Shown piece after piece: positions 21,199 through 30,023 of a stretch of 64,000 nucleotides of DNA; position 1 is the first letter of the stretch; the number at the start of each line of letters is the position of its first letter. The stretch comes from Pseudomonadota bacterium (GTDB taxonomy: Bacteria > Pseudomonadota > Gammaproteobacteria > Steroidobacterales > Steroidobacteraceae). The notes beneath the pieces are model-generated. The model saw only the letters and a program-made list of their open reading frames with translations, had not been told where the DNA came from and searched no databases. The translations under genes were made by a program, and so were the position numbers. Location: contig JAKBDK010000011.1 of assembly GCA_021834525.1 (NCBI GenBank), positions 11,686-75,685 on the forward strand, given 5' to 3'.

Positions 21199-22452
21199 AT
21201 GTCGGCCAACGTGGATTCGAATAACAACAACAATCAGCTGTTGGGTCAGCTCAAGATCGATCGCAGTCAACGCGAGACGGTGCACGCCCCGCGCACGCTG
21301 TGGATCACGCTGCTCGCGCTGCTCGCAGTGGCGTTGCTCGGTGCACTCGGGTACTTCCTGCTCTCCCGGCCGCGTGGCATCCCCGTCAAGACTGCGATCG
21401 CCGAGGCGCCGGCGGGCGCCTCGAGCGCGGTGCTGCAGGCGAGCGGTTACGTCACCGCCGAGCGCAAGACGACCGTTTCGGCGGAAATCGCCGGCATGCT
21501 GACGCACGTCTACTTCCAGGAAGGGCAATCGGTGCGCCGCGGCCAGGTGCTCGCGAAGCTCGACGACAGCGCAACGCTCGCGACGCTGCAGCAGGCGCAG
21601 GCGCAAACGCTCGCAGCCGTGGCGCAGCTGCGCCAATACCAGGTGCAATGGGCCGAAGCACGCCGCGATCTGGCGCGCGATGAGGCGCTGATCGGAGAGC
21701 ACCTGGTGTCCGAACAGGCGCTGCAGCAGGCGCAGACCCAGGCCGGCTCGCTCGCCGCCCAGGTGCTCACCCAACGGCGCGAGGTCTCCGTGGCGCGCGC
21801 TGCGCAACGCGCCGCGCAGGTCCAGGAGAACTACACGGTGGTGCATGCGCCGTTCTCCGGCGTGGTGGTCGACAAGCCGGCGCAGGTCGGGGAGATGATC
21901 TCACCGTTCTTCGGTGGCGGCGGCTTCACGCAGACCGGTATCGCCACCATCGTGGACATGAATTCCCTCGAAGTCGACGTCGACGTCAACGAGGCCTATA
22001 TCGATCGGGTGCACGCCGGCCAGCCGGCCGTTGCCGTGCTCGATGCCTACCCGAACTGGCGCATCCCGGCGCGCGTCATCGCCATCGTGCCGACGGCCAA
22101 CAAGAGCAAGGCGACCGTGCGGGTGCGCGTGGCGCTGCAGAGCAAGGATCCGCGCATCCTGCCGCAGATGGGGGTGCGCGTGTCGTTCCTGCAGCACGCC
22201 GGTGCCGCCGCGGCGCCGTCCGACGTGCGCCCGGGGATGGTGTGGGTGCCGGCCTCGTGCGTGGTGCGTCGGGGCGCACGGACGGTGGTCTTCACCGTCA
22301 AGGGCACCCAGGTGCAGGCGCATCGGGTCACTGAGGGTCCGCGGCGCGCGGACCTGCAGGCGGTCGGCGGGATCGCGGCGGGCAGCGAAGTGGTTCGCGA
22401 TCCTCCGGCGGACCTCGCCGGTGGGGATCGAGTCAGCATCCAGCGGGAGTGA
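21199..22452 (+). CDS. Periplasmic adaptor (HlyD/MacA-type membrane fusion protein)
   Basis: N-terminal TM segment, long coiled-coil region (QQAQAQTLAAVAQLRQYQ...), and beta-barrel/lipoyl-like segments. Start codon uncertain (ATG 21199 abuts GGAGG; GTG 21211 is an alternative). Confidence 0.85.
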   Translation: MSANVDSNNNNNQLLGQLKIDRSQRETVHAPRTLWITLLALLAVALLGALGYFLLSRPRGIPVKTAIAEAPAGASSAVLQASGYVTAERKTTVSAEIAGMLTHVYFQEGQSVRRGQVLAKLDDSATLATLQQAQAQTLAAVAQLRQYQVQWAEARRDLARDEALIGEHLVSEQALQQAQTQAGSLAAQVLTQRREVSVARAAQRAAQVQENYTVVHAPFSGVVVDKPAQVGEMISPFFGGGGFTQTGIATIVDMNSLEVDVDVNEAYIDRVHAGQPAVAVLDAYPNWRIPARVIAIVPTANKSKATVRVRVALQSKDPRILPQMGVRVSFLQHAGAAAAPSDVRPGMVWVPASCVVRRGARTVVFTVKGTQVQAHRVTEGPRRADLQAVGGIAAGSEVVRDPPADLAGGDRVSIQRE

Positions 22453-22458
22453 ACGCAC

Positions 22459-23151
22459 ATGGGCGCATTGGTCGAAATCCGGTCCCTGAGCAAGGTCTAC
22501 GAGCGCGGCCGACAGCGCGTCGAGGTGCTGCATCACATCGACATGGACGTGCAGGAAGGGGAGTTCGTGGCGCTGATGGGCCCCTCGGGCTCGGGCAAGA
22601 CCACGCTGTTGAACCTGATCGGTGGACTCGACAGCCCGACGGACGGGTCGTTGACGGTGGCCGGGGAGCGCATCGAGCGTTTGGGTCAGGGGCAGTTGGC
22701 GCGCTGGCGATCGGCTCATGTGGGCTTCGTCTTTCAGTTCTACAACCTGCTGCCGATGCTCTCGGCGCAGCGCAACGTGGAGCTGCCGCTGTTGCTGACG
22801 AAGCTCACCAGCAAGGATCGCCGACGCAACGCGAGCGTTGCGCTGCAACTGGTCGGGCTCGCCGATCGGGCCACGCACAAGCCCGGGGAGCTCTCCGGCG
22901 GACAGCAGCAGCGCGTCGCCATTGCCCGCGCCATCGTGTCCGATCCGACACTGCTGGTGTGTGACGAGCCGACGGGTGATCTCGACCGACAGTCGGCCGA
23001 GGACGTGCTCGGGCTGCTGCAGCAGCTGAACCGCGAACATGGCAAGACCATCATCATGGTCACCCATGATCCGAAGGCGGCCGAGCACGCCGGGCGCACG
23101 TTGCACCTGGACAAGGGCACCCTGGTGGGGGGTGAGCAGGTCGCGGCATGA
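22459..23151 (+). CDS. ABC transporter ATP-binding protein, LolD/MacB-NBD type
   Basis: Walker A GPSGSGKTT, signature LSGGQQQRVAIARA, Walker B LLVCDEPTGDLD. Confidence 0.93.
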   Translation: MGALVEIRSLSKVYERGRQRVEVLHHIDMDVQEGEFVALMGPSGSGKTTLLNLIGGLDSPTDGSLTVAGERIERLGQGQLARWRSAHVGFVFQFYNLLPMLSAQRNVELPLLLTKLTSKDRRRNASVALQLVGLADRATHKPGELSGGQQQRVAIARAIVSDPTLLVCDEPTGDLDRQSAEDVLGLLQQLNREHGKTIIMVTHDPKAAEHAGRTLHLDKGTLVGGEQVAA

Positions 23152-24305
23152 AATACCTGCACCTGATCGCCGCGGCGCTGCGCCGGCGCACGGTGCGCAC
23201 CGGCCTGACGCTGCTGTCGATCGTCGTTGCGTTCCTGCTCTTCGGGCTGCTCGAGTCGGTCAACAGTGTGTTCGGCGAGGCCGGGCACACGGTCGGTTCG
23301 GCGCACCGGTTGATCACGATATCCAAGACGGGGCTGTTCACCCCCATGCCGATGAGTCTCAAGGCGCAGATCCGCACCGTGCCGGGAGTCGAGGCGGTCA
23401 CCGGTTACACCTTCTTCGGCGGCAGCTACCAGAACCCCAAGCAGGTCATCGGATCGATGTTCGCCGTCGGGCGCAATTTCTTCTCGCTGTATCCGGAGTT
23501 CAAGGTCGCCCCGACGGCGCTGCGCCAGTTCGATGCGACGCAGACCGGCGCCATCGTCGGGGCGGCGCTCGCGAAGCGCTATCACTGGAAGGTCGGCGAT
23601 CAGATCCCGATCAAGGCGATGATCTACCCGCGCAAGAACGGCTCGTACACCTGGACCTTCGATCTGGTCGGCATCTACCATGCGCGCTCGCCGTTCGAGG
23701 AGCAGGATTTCCTCCTGCGCCTGCGGTATTTCAATGAAGCGGCCGCCTTCGGCAACGACCGGATCGGGCTGTTCGTGGAGAAAATCGCCAACCCACGGCA
23801 GGCGAGTGATGTCGCGGCGGCCATCGATGCGCTCTCGAACAACTCCGGGCACGAGACCAAGACGCAAAGCGACAGCGCCTTTGCCGTCGATTTCCTGAGT
23901 CAGTTCGTCGATATCGGTCTGATCATGCACGCGATCATGGGCGCGGTGTTCTTCACGCTCATGCTGCTGACGGGCAACACCATGGCACAGGCGGTCCGGG
24001 AGCGCACCGGGGAGCTGGCGGTGCTGAAGACGCTCGGGTTCACCAACGGCACGGTGTTGAGCCTGGTGCTCGGGGAGTCGGTGCTGCTGGTGGTGCTCGG
24101 CGGGGCGCTCGGGCTCGGCGCCGCGGCGCTCGCGGTGCATCTCCTGCAGCATCAGATCGGCTCGGCACTGCCGATGATGCCGGTGGGCGGGTCGATCTGG
24201 CTGCGCGGGGGGATCCTGATGGTGCTGATCGGGGTGCTGGTCGGCGCATTGCCCGCGCGGCGCGGCATGCGGCTGCGCATCGTCGATGCGCTGGCGGGGC
24301 GCTGA
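23148..24305 (+). CDS. ABC transporter permease, FtsX/MacB type (permease 1)
   Basis: ATGA overlap with the ATPase. TM1, a large periplasmic domain, then three C-terminal TMs (FtsX fold). Confidence 0.85.
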   Translation: MKYLHLIAAALRRRTVRTGLTLLSIVVAFLLFGLLESVNSVFGEAGHTVGSAHRLITISKTGLFTPMPMSLKAQIRTVPGVEAVTGYTFFGGSYQNPKQVIGSMFAVGRNFFSLYPEFKVAPTALRQFDATQTGAIVGAALAKRYHWKVGDQIPIKAMIYPRKNGSYTWTFDLVGIYHARSPFEEQDFLLRLRYFNEAAAFGNDRIGLFVEKIANPRQASDVAAAIDALSNNSGHETKTQSDSAFAVDFLSQFVDIGLIMHAIMGAVFFTLMLLTGNTMAQAVRERTGELAVLKTLGFTNGTVLSLVLGESVLLVVLGGALGLGAAALAVHLLQHQIGSALPMMPVGGSIWLRGGILMVLIGVLVGALPARRGMRLRIVDALAGR

Positions 24306-24317
24306 GGGAGAGACCCG

Positions 24318-25631
24318 ATGCTGAAGCGAACGCTGTACGGATTGGGGGTGACGGTGGCGGTGATCGCCGGGGTGGCGCTCACCATCGCACTGCCCTGGAG
24401 GCTCATCGGGGCGCTCGTCGTATTGCTCGGTCTATGGCTCGCCTTGACCCGACTCGGACGTCTGACTAGCAGCGTCACGGCCTCGGGCATCGCGACGCTG
24501 CCGCAGCGCTGGGGAAGCGCCTCGGTGGTCGTTGTCGGGATCGCAGGGGTGGTCGGCGTCCTGGTGGCGCTGCTCGCCATGGCCAGCGGCTATCAGGCAA
24601 CCTTCCAGACCACCGGCAGTGCGGATCGGGCGATCGTGCTGCGCTCCGGGGCGATCTCCGAGAGCAGCTCGAACCTGGATCAGGCGAGCGTGATGCTGAT
24701 CGGTCAGAAGCCGCAGGTGGCCCACGATGCCTCCGGCGCGCCGCTGATCTCCCCGGAGGTCGTGGTGGCCGCGGCGCTCGCGAAGAAGGGCTCGGGGCGC
24801 TACGGCTCGGTCACGATCCGGGGCGTCGGCGGCGAGGTCTGGGCGGTGCGCTCCGGGGTGAAGCTCATCGCCGGGCGGCGCTTCACGCCGGGGTTGCGCG
24901 AGCTCGACGCCGGCCGCAATGCGGTGCGGGAGTTCCGCCACACCGCGATCGGCTCGAGCGTCACCATCAATGGTCAACCCTGGAAGGTGGTCGGTGAGTT
25001 CGCTCATGCGGGGGCGCACGACTCGGAGCTCTGGGGCGATGTGAACATGGTCGCCGCCACGTTTCATCGGGGCGCGAGCGTGCAGTCCGCGACGGTGCGG
25101 CTCACCAGTGCGCAGGCGATCGGCGCGTTCAAGGCGGCCCTGGCGAGCGATCCGCGCCTGAAGGTGCAGGCGCAGACGACGCGCGCCTACTACGCCAAGC
25201 AGTCCAAGGGCATGACCCGCGTCATCCGGGTGTTGGCCACCGTGGTCGGGGCCATCATGGCCATCGGGGCCATGGCCGGGGCGCTGAACAGCATGTACGC
25301 GGCGGTCGCGGCCCGCACCCGAGAGGTGGCGACGCTGCGGGCGATTGGCTTTCGCGGTGGGGTGGTGGTGTTCTCCATTCTCGCCGAGACGCTGCTGCTC
25401 GCCCTCGGCGGGGGCCTCGTGGGGGCACTGATCGCCTGGACGTTGTTTCATCATTTCACGGCCTCGACCATGGGGCCGAACTTCAGTGCCGTCGTCTTCC
25501 AGTTCCGCGTCACGCCGACGCTGATCGGTCAGGGACTGAAGTGGGCGCTCGCGATCGGGTTCGTGGGTGGTCTGTTCCCGGCGCTGCGCGCCGCGCGCAT
25601 GCCGGTCACCGACGGGCTGCGGGAGCAGTAG
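24318..25631 (+). CDS. ABC transporter permease, FtsX/MacB type (permease 2)
   Basis: Same architecture as permease 1, plus an extra hydrophobic N-terminal extension of about 50 aa (the start may lie further downstream). Confidence 0.82.
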   Translation: MLKRTLYGLGVTVAVIAGVALTIALPWRLIGALVVLLGLWLALTRLGRLTSSVTASGIATLPQRWGSASVVVVGIAGVVGVLVALLAMASGYQATFQTTGSADRAIVLRSGAISESSSNLDQASVMLIGQKPQVAHDASGAPLISPEVVVAAALAKKGSGRYGSVTIRGVGGEVWAVRSGVKLIAGRRFTPGLRELDAGRNAVREFRHTAIGSSVTINGQPWKVVGEFAHAGAHDSELWGDVNMVAATFHRGASVQSATVRLTSAQAIGAFKAALASDPRLKVQAQTTRAYYAKQSKGMTRVIRVLATVVGAIMAIGAMAGALNSMYAAVAARTREVATLRAIGFRGGVVVFSILAETLLLALGGGLVGALIAWTLFHHFTASTMGPNFSAVVFQFRVTPTLIGQGLKWALAIGFVGGLFPALRAARMPVTDGLREQ

Positions 25632-25745
25632 CGGACGCGCGCCGCGCGCACCGCGCCGGACGGACCCCCTGTGGCCGAGCGAGGCGGCCACCCTTGTGCT
25701 TGAGGAGAGTGGACGTGCGGACCGTGCGGTGAGCGACACGGCCGC

Positions 25746-25797
25746 TTGACAGGCAATTAAATACTTGCCTATTATTCAGGCAAGTAACGACTTGCCT
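25746..25797 (+). promoter_or_regulatory. Candidate promoter with nested inverted-repeat operator upstream of the ArsR-family gene
   Basis: TTGACA (25746-25751), 18 nt, TATTAT (25770-25775). Half-sites are AGGCAA (25751), ACTTGCCT (25763-25770), AGGCAAGT (25778-25785) and ACTTGCCT (25790-25797). This is an AT-rich island in GC-rich DNA. Confidence 0.55.
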
Positions 25798-25798
25798 G

Positions 25799-26137
25799 AT
25801 GAGCATGACCGAACACGACGGCACCGATCAGTTGTTCAAGGCCCTGGCCGATCCCAGTCGGCGCACGGTGCTCGATCTGCTGCGCGCGCACGATGGCCGG
25901 ACGCTCAACGAACTGTGCGGCCACCTCGACATGACCCGCCAGGGCGTCACCCAGCACTTGCGGGTCCTGGAGGCGGCCCATCTGATCGCCACGGTGCGCC
26001 GCGGGCGCGAAAAGCTCCACTTCCTCAACCCCGTGCCGCTGCAGGACATCTATGACCGCTGGATCGCGAAGTTCGAGACCCCGCGATTGAAGGCGCTCGC
26101 GGATCTGAAGCGGCGGCTGGAGAACCCTCATGACTAG
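25799..26137 (+). CDS. ArsR/SmtB-family winged-helix transcriptional regulator
   Basis: LFKALADPSRRTVLDLL ... LNELCGHLDMTRQGVTQHLRVLEAAHLI HTH pattern. Confidence 0.88.
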   Translation: MSMTEHDGTDQLFKALADPSRRTVLDLLRAHDGRTLNELCGHLDMTRQGVTQHLRVLEAAHLIATVRRGREKLHFLNPVPLQDIYDRWIAKFETPRLKALADLKRRLENPHD

Positions 26138-26588
26138 TTCGACCTTTGTCTACGTGACGTACATCCGCTCGACCCCCGAGCGTGTCTGGTCGGCGCTCAC
26201 CGAGGATCGGGAATTCATGCGCCAATATTGGTTTGGGATGCACTGCAAGAGCGAATGGGTCGCAGGATCGCAGTGGGAGATGGTGAGCGCCGACGGGAGC
26301 GTCTGCGACCGCGGGGAGATTCTCGAGGCCGAGCCGCCGCGGCGGCTCGTGATTCGATGGTTTCACCAGCGCAATGCGCAGCTCGCAGCCGAGGGCGAGG
26401 CGCGGTGCACCCTGGAGTTGGAGCCGAGCGGTTCGGCCGTCAAGCTGTCCATCACGCACACGATGCAGCGCGAGGAATCGAAGCTGATCACGGCGGTGTC
26501 AGGCGGTTGGCCGAAAATCCTCTCCAACCTCAAGTCGCTGCTCGAGAGCGGCGAGGTGGCGCTGACGTCGAAAGACTTCCCGAAATGA
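26130..26588 (+). CDS. SRPBCC-superfamily (AHSA1/START-like) protein
   Basis: 8-nt overlap with the ArsR gene. Pattern STPERVWSALT...W fits SRPBCC/Aha1-like proteins commonly paired with ArsR regulators. Confidence 0.7.
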   Translation: MTSSTFVYVTYIRSTPERVWSALTEDREFMRQYWFGMHCKSEWVAGSQWEMVSADGSVCDRGEILEAEPPRRLVIRWFHQRNAQLAAEGEARCTLELEPSGSAVKLSITHTMQREESKLITAVSGGWPKILSNLKSLLESGEVALTSKDFPK

Positions 26589-26890
26589 ATGACCCCGCCC
26601 CGAATCGCTGACTCGTGAGCGCCGGTATCCGCGGGACGGTTCGCCCCGGTCCGTGGTACGGCGCTCGGCAGAGCGCTCAGGTCGCGCAGAGTGCAGATGA
26701 CGCCGCAGGTCTCTGCTCCTGCGCGCGGAAATTCTCACCGCCGCAGATCATGGACGCCCGGAGGGGGCCGGGGCAGGATGCGCAAGCCGGCGAGGCCGGC
26801 ACACTCGGTGGGGTGGTGGCTCCGCCGCGGGCCGCCGTGCTCAATCGCCTACGCCGCGATCCACGGCGCTCCGGCGGCGATCCCGTCTGC

Positions 26891-26931
26891 AAAAAAAGGC
26901 GTTGCCTGGACCGCACCATCCAGGCAACGCC
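26891..26931 (-). terminator. Rho-independent terminator of the minus-strand TonB-dependent receptor gene
   Basis: 13-bp perfect stem GGCGTTGCCTGGA/TCCAGGCAACGCC (26898-26910 / 26919-26931) with an 8-nt loop. It is followed on the minus strand by a 7-U run (A7 at 26891-97) and lies 14 nt after the stop codon. Confidence 0.85.
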
Positions 26932-26944
26932 CCGCGGTGACTCC

Positions 26945-29491
26945 TCAGAAGCTCGCGGTCAAAGTGAGATACCAGGTACGCGGCGCGCCCGGGAAGGCGA
27001 GTACCGCACCGGTCCCGGTGTTGTACAGACCGCCCGCCGTCACGTATTCGAAGGCGTTGTAGCGCTTGTTGGCGAGATTATCGACCTCGATGGTCGCCTT
27101 CAGATCGCGCACTCCATCCGCCCAGGACGTCGGGAAATCGAAGCTGGTGGAGAAGTTCAGCAGCCCGTAGCTCGGGATGTTCACATTGCTGGTGTCGATC
27201 GTCTGGCCGGTGACTCCGACGTACGAATCCTGGTTGAACGAACCGGCGGCGGTAATATTGTTGTTGTTGTCGAACGCGTACTGCGATCCGGTGCGCAGAT
27301 AGGTCAGTCGCGGCTCCACCATGATGCTGCCCACATGCCCGATGTAGTACACGCCGAAGCTCATGTTGGAGGTCGGGGTGTAGGGGATCGGCACGTTGTG
27401 ATAAATGATCGTGCTGCCGTTCGGGTTCGTATTGCCATTGAGGTAATTGGTGAACTTCGCGCTCACGATGCCGATATTGGCGAACACGTACCAGTTGTGC
27501 AGCGGCGAGGCGTCACCGAAGATATTGACGCCATCATAGGTCGAGGAGGCGTACGCCAAGAGCGCCCCACCGCTCGCGAGCGCCGTCGGGATGGTCTCGT
27601 GGGTGTAGTCGAGGTGTGAGTAGCTCACGTCCAGTTCCATGTCGGTCACCGGACCCCAGCGCCGCTTGTGGACCTTCAGACCGACGATGGTGTCGGTGCC
27701 CTTCTCCAGGTGCACATTCTGCGCCGGGATGACCACGTAGGGCCCGGTGCCGCCGCCGTTCTCCGGATAGCGGTACGACCAGCCGTAGTTCGCGTAGAGC
27801 GCGAGCCAGTGCAGCGCGCGCCAGTTCAGGCCGATGAACGGCTCGGCGCGCAGGAACGTCTTGTGCGCCGTCGGCGAGGGGTACACGGTGAGGCAGTTCG
27901 GATCGGGATTGATCTGACTGAGATCGCCGCAGGGATTGTACTGAGTGCCGAGCGGGAAGACGGACGTCTCATTCGGATAGAAGTCCATCGTGTAGCTGAC
28001 CGCGCGCACCCCGGGGGTGAGGCTGACGGTCGGAATCGGCTTGATCGTGTCCTGCACGAACAGATCGGCATTGATCTGGTTGAAGATGTCGCTGTCGTAC
28101 TGACCGTTCGGCGCGCTCGGGGAGCCGTACAGCGTGGGCGGCGGCGTCGGCCCCGGGGAGACGGTCTGGGCGAAGGTCTGATACGGGTAGTACAGCTGCT
28201 CCTGTGAGTAGTACGTGCTGTATTGCAGGTAGCCGCCCGCCGAGACCTCGTTGTAGGGCAGATTGAAGTCCATGCTCAGCTTGTCGCCGAACACGTGCGT
28301 CGAGGGTCGGTTGATTTCCCAGCTCGACTGGTTCGGGGGCAGATAATCGTGCAGCGGCGTGAAGTGCAATCGTTGCTCGTGGTAGAAGTACACCACGTTG
28401 TGCACCGAGGTGATCTTCGACAACGTGACGTTGAGCTTGCTCCAGATCATCTCGATGGCGTTCGTGTCGAGCTTCCAGTTCACCGCATAGGGCAGCGTCG
28501 TGTAGAAGCCGGTGGTCTGCTGACTGAACAGCGGTCCGGGGGTGGCCGGTCCGGTGAGGTAGACCCCGGGGATGGGACTGACGGGCAGGGTGAACGGGCG
28601 CTGTGCGCTCGAGCGGGCCACGTAGGCGCCGATGCTGAGGTCACCGTTGCCATCGGCGAAGGGGTGACGGGTCTTGATGTAGTACGCGTAGTTGTAGCTC
28701 GGGTTCTTGTAGCCGTCCGAGCCTTGCATGAAATTGTCCGCGTTGTTCCAGCCGCCGGCGATCACCGTGCGCCAACCGTCCAGGTCCCCGGTCTGAACGT
28801 CGAAGGAGACGTTCTTGGTCTGGTAGCTGCCGTAGGTGAGGGCGACGTCGCCGCCGAATTTCGAGCTCGGCTGCAGGGGCACGAAGTTCAACGAGCCGCC
28901 GATGTTGGTCCACCAGCGGTCCTTCGGTTGCCCCGGCCCGTAGGTCACGTTGATGGTCTGCAGAATGGAAGTCTGCGGGATGAGCGTCGATTGCCACAGA
29001 TCGTTCCCGGGATTGTTCATCGGGATGCCATCGAAGGTCGGCTGCACGCTGCCGTTGTCCGGGTTGCCGCCGGAGTAGCCGGCCCAGCCGATCTTGATGC
29101 CGTTGATGCTGATGGTGGACTTCTGCGAGCCGGTCGCCCCGTACGAGGACACGCTGACGCCGGGCACGAGCATCATCGCCTGGGCGACACCGCCGACGCG
29201 GCTGCTGGCGCGGATCTGGTCCTGATCGAGCGTCTTGACGGTCTCGCTGCTGATGAAGTCCTTCTTGTGGCGCTGGATGCGCGCCGTGACCAGAACTTCG
29301 TTCAGCGTGGCGATCGAGGCCGGACCGGCCGACGCCGGGCCGGCCGATGCCGTCGGGGCCGGGTTCGGCAGCGCGGCGTGCGCGAGGGCGCCGGTGGCAA
29401 GCGCGCCGGTGAGCACGGCGCGCACTGCGAGTTTGATGCGTGGGTGCTGTGTCTGAGTACTGCGGATGATGCCTGGTGCGGTGCTGGCCAT
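26945..29491 (-). CDS. TonB-dependent outer-membrane receptor
   Basis: Signal peptide, TonB-box-like LNEVLVTA, plug domain, long beta-barrel, and terminal aromatic residue (…LTLTASF). GGGGAG SD 6 nt before the ATG. Confidence 0.9.
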   Translation of the reverse strand: MASTAPGIIRSTQTQHPRIKLAVRAVLTGALATGALAHAALPNPAPTASAGPASAGPASIATLNEVLVTARIQRHKKDFISSETVKTLDQDQIRASSRVGGVAQAMMLVPGVSVSSYGATGSQKSTISINGIKIGWAGYSGGNPDNGSVQPTFDGIPMNNPGNDLWQSTLIPQTSILQTINVTYGPGQPKDRWWTNIGGSLNFVPLQPSSKFGGDVALTYGSYQTKNVSFDVQTGDLDGWRTVIAGGWNNADNFMQGSDGYKNPSYNYAYYIKTRHPFADGNGDLSIGAYVARSSAQRPFTLPVSPIPGVYLTGPATPGPLFSQQTTGFYTTLPYAVNWKLDTNAIEMIWSKLNVTLSKITSVHNVVYFYHEQRLHFTPLHDYLPPNQSSWEINRPSTHVFGDKLSMDFNLPYNEVSAGGYLQYSTYYSQEQLYYPYQTFAQTVSPGPTPPPTLYGSPSAPNGQYDSDIFNQINADLFVQDTIKPIPTVSLTPGVRAVSYTMDFYPNETSVFPLGTQYNPCGDLSQINPDPNCLTVYPSPTAHKTFLRAEPFIGLNWRALHWLALYANYGWSYRYPENGGGTGPYVVIPAQNVHLEKGTDTIVGLKVHKRRWGPVTDMELDVSYSHLDYTHETIPTALASGGALLAYASSTYDGVNIFGDASPLHNWYVFANIGIVSAKFTNYLNGNTNPNGSTIIYHNVPIPYTPTSNMSFGVYYIGHVGSIMVEPRLTYLRTGSQYAFDNNNNITAAGSFNQDSYVGVTGQTIDTSNVNIPSYGLLNFSTSFDFPTSWADGVRDLKATIEVDNLANKRYNAFEYVTAGGLYNTGTGAVLAFPGAPRTWYLTLTASF

Positions 29492-30023
29492 CGATAACTC
29501 CCCGTCTAATGTTGTTTCACCGCCGGGCCGCGACGTCCTGAGGGCAATGCGGTGGGCCGGCTGGCGGGGAATGCTGCGATGACAGTGTGTCAGTGCCGTG
29601 AAGGATTTGTGACTGCAGGTGCCCGCCGTGTGGCAGCAGTGTTATGTTGGAAGTCAGGACGAGGGTGTTGAAGCGGGTCGAGCCTCCGCGGTGCAGGATT
29701 CAATCGGCAACAGGCAGCCTGCGGCGCGTGCCATGGGCAGGCGCACTCGAGGCCGTCCACTCGGCGTCGCATCGGGGCGGCCGAGCCGCGGCGCGGGGCG
29801 CCGGGGTGCGGGCGGGACCTGAGCTTCTCAGGAATTCCTGACCAAATCCTGACGGGACGCGCTCCGCTGCGCCCGTTCGGCGCGCCATGCGCGCCGCCGT
29901 GACCGGGCGCGGAAGGCCACGGGTGCGCGCGGAGAGATGCGACAATCAGCGCAAAATGAGTCGCTTACGGCCTGAACTTGGTGCGGATTCGAGCCGCCCG
30001 CGGACGCTGCGGGTCCGGGCCGT

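Noticed and set aside
26615-27619. 334-aa plus-strand ORF overlapping the 3' part of the receptor gene and the spacer upstream
   Set aside because: Antisense to the beta-barrel gene, crosses its terminator, and has no motif.
29492-29800. Possible riboswitch (cobalamin, TPP or other) in the long leader of the TonB-dependent receptor
   Set aside because: I read the minus-strand leader and found no B12 box (GCCACTG-type), no CUGAGA/ACCCUG TPP core and no other riboswitch signature I can recognise. This needs an Rfam scan to settle.
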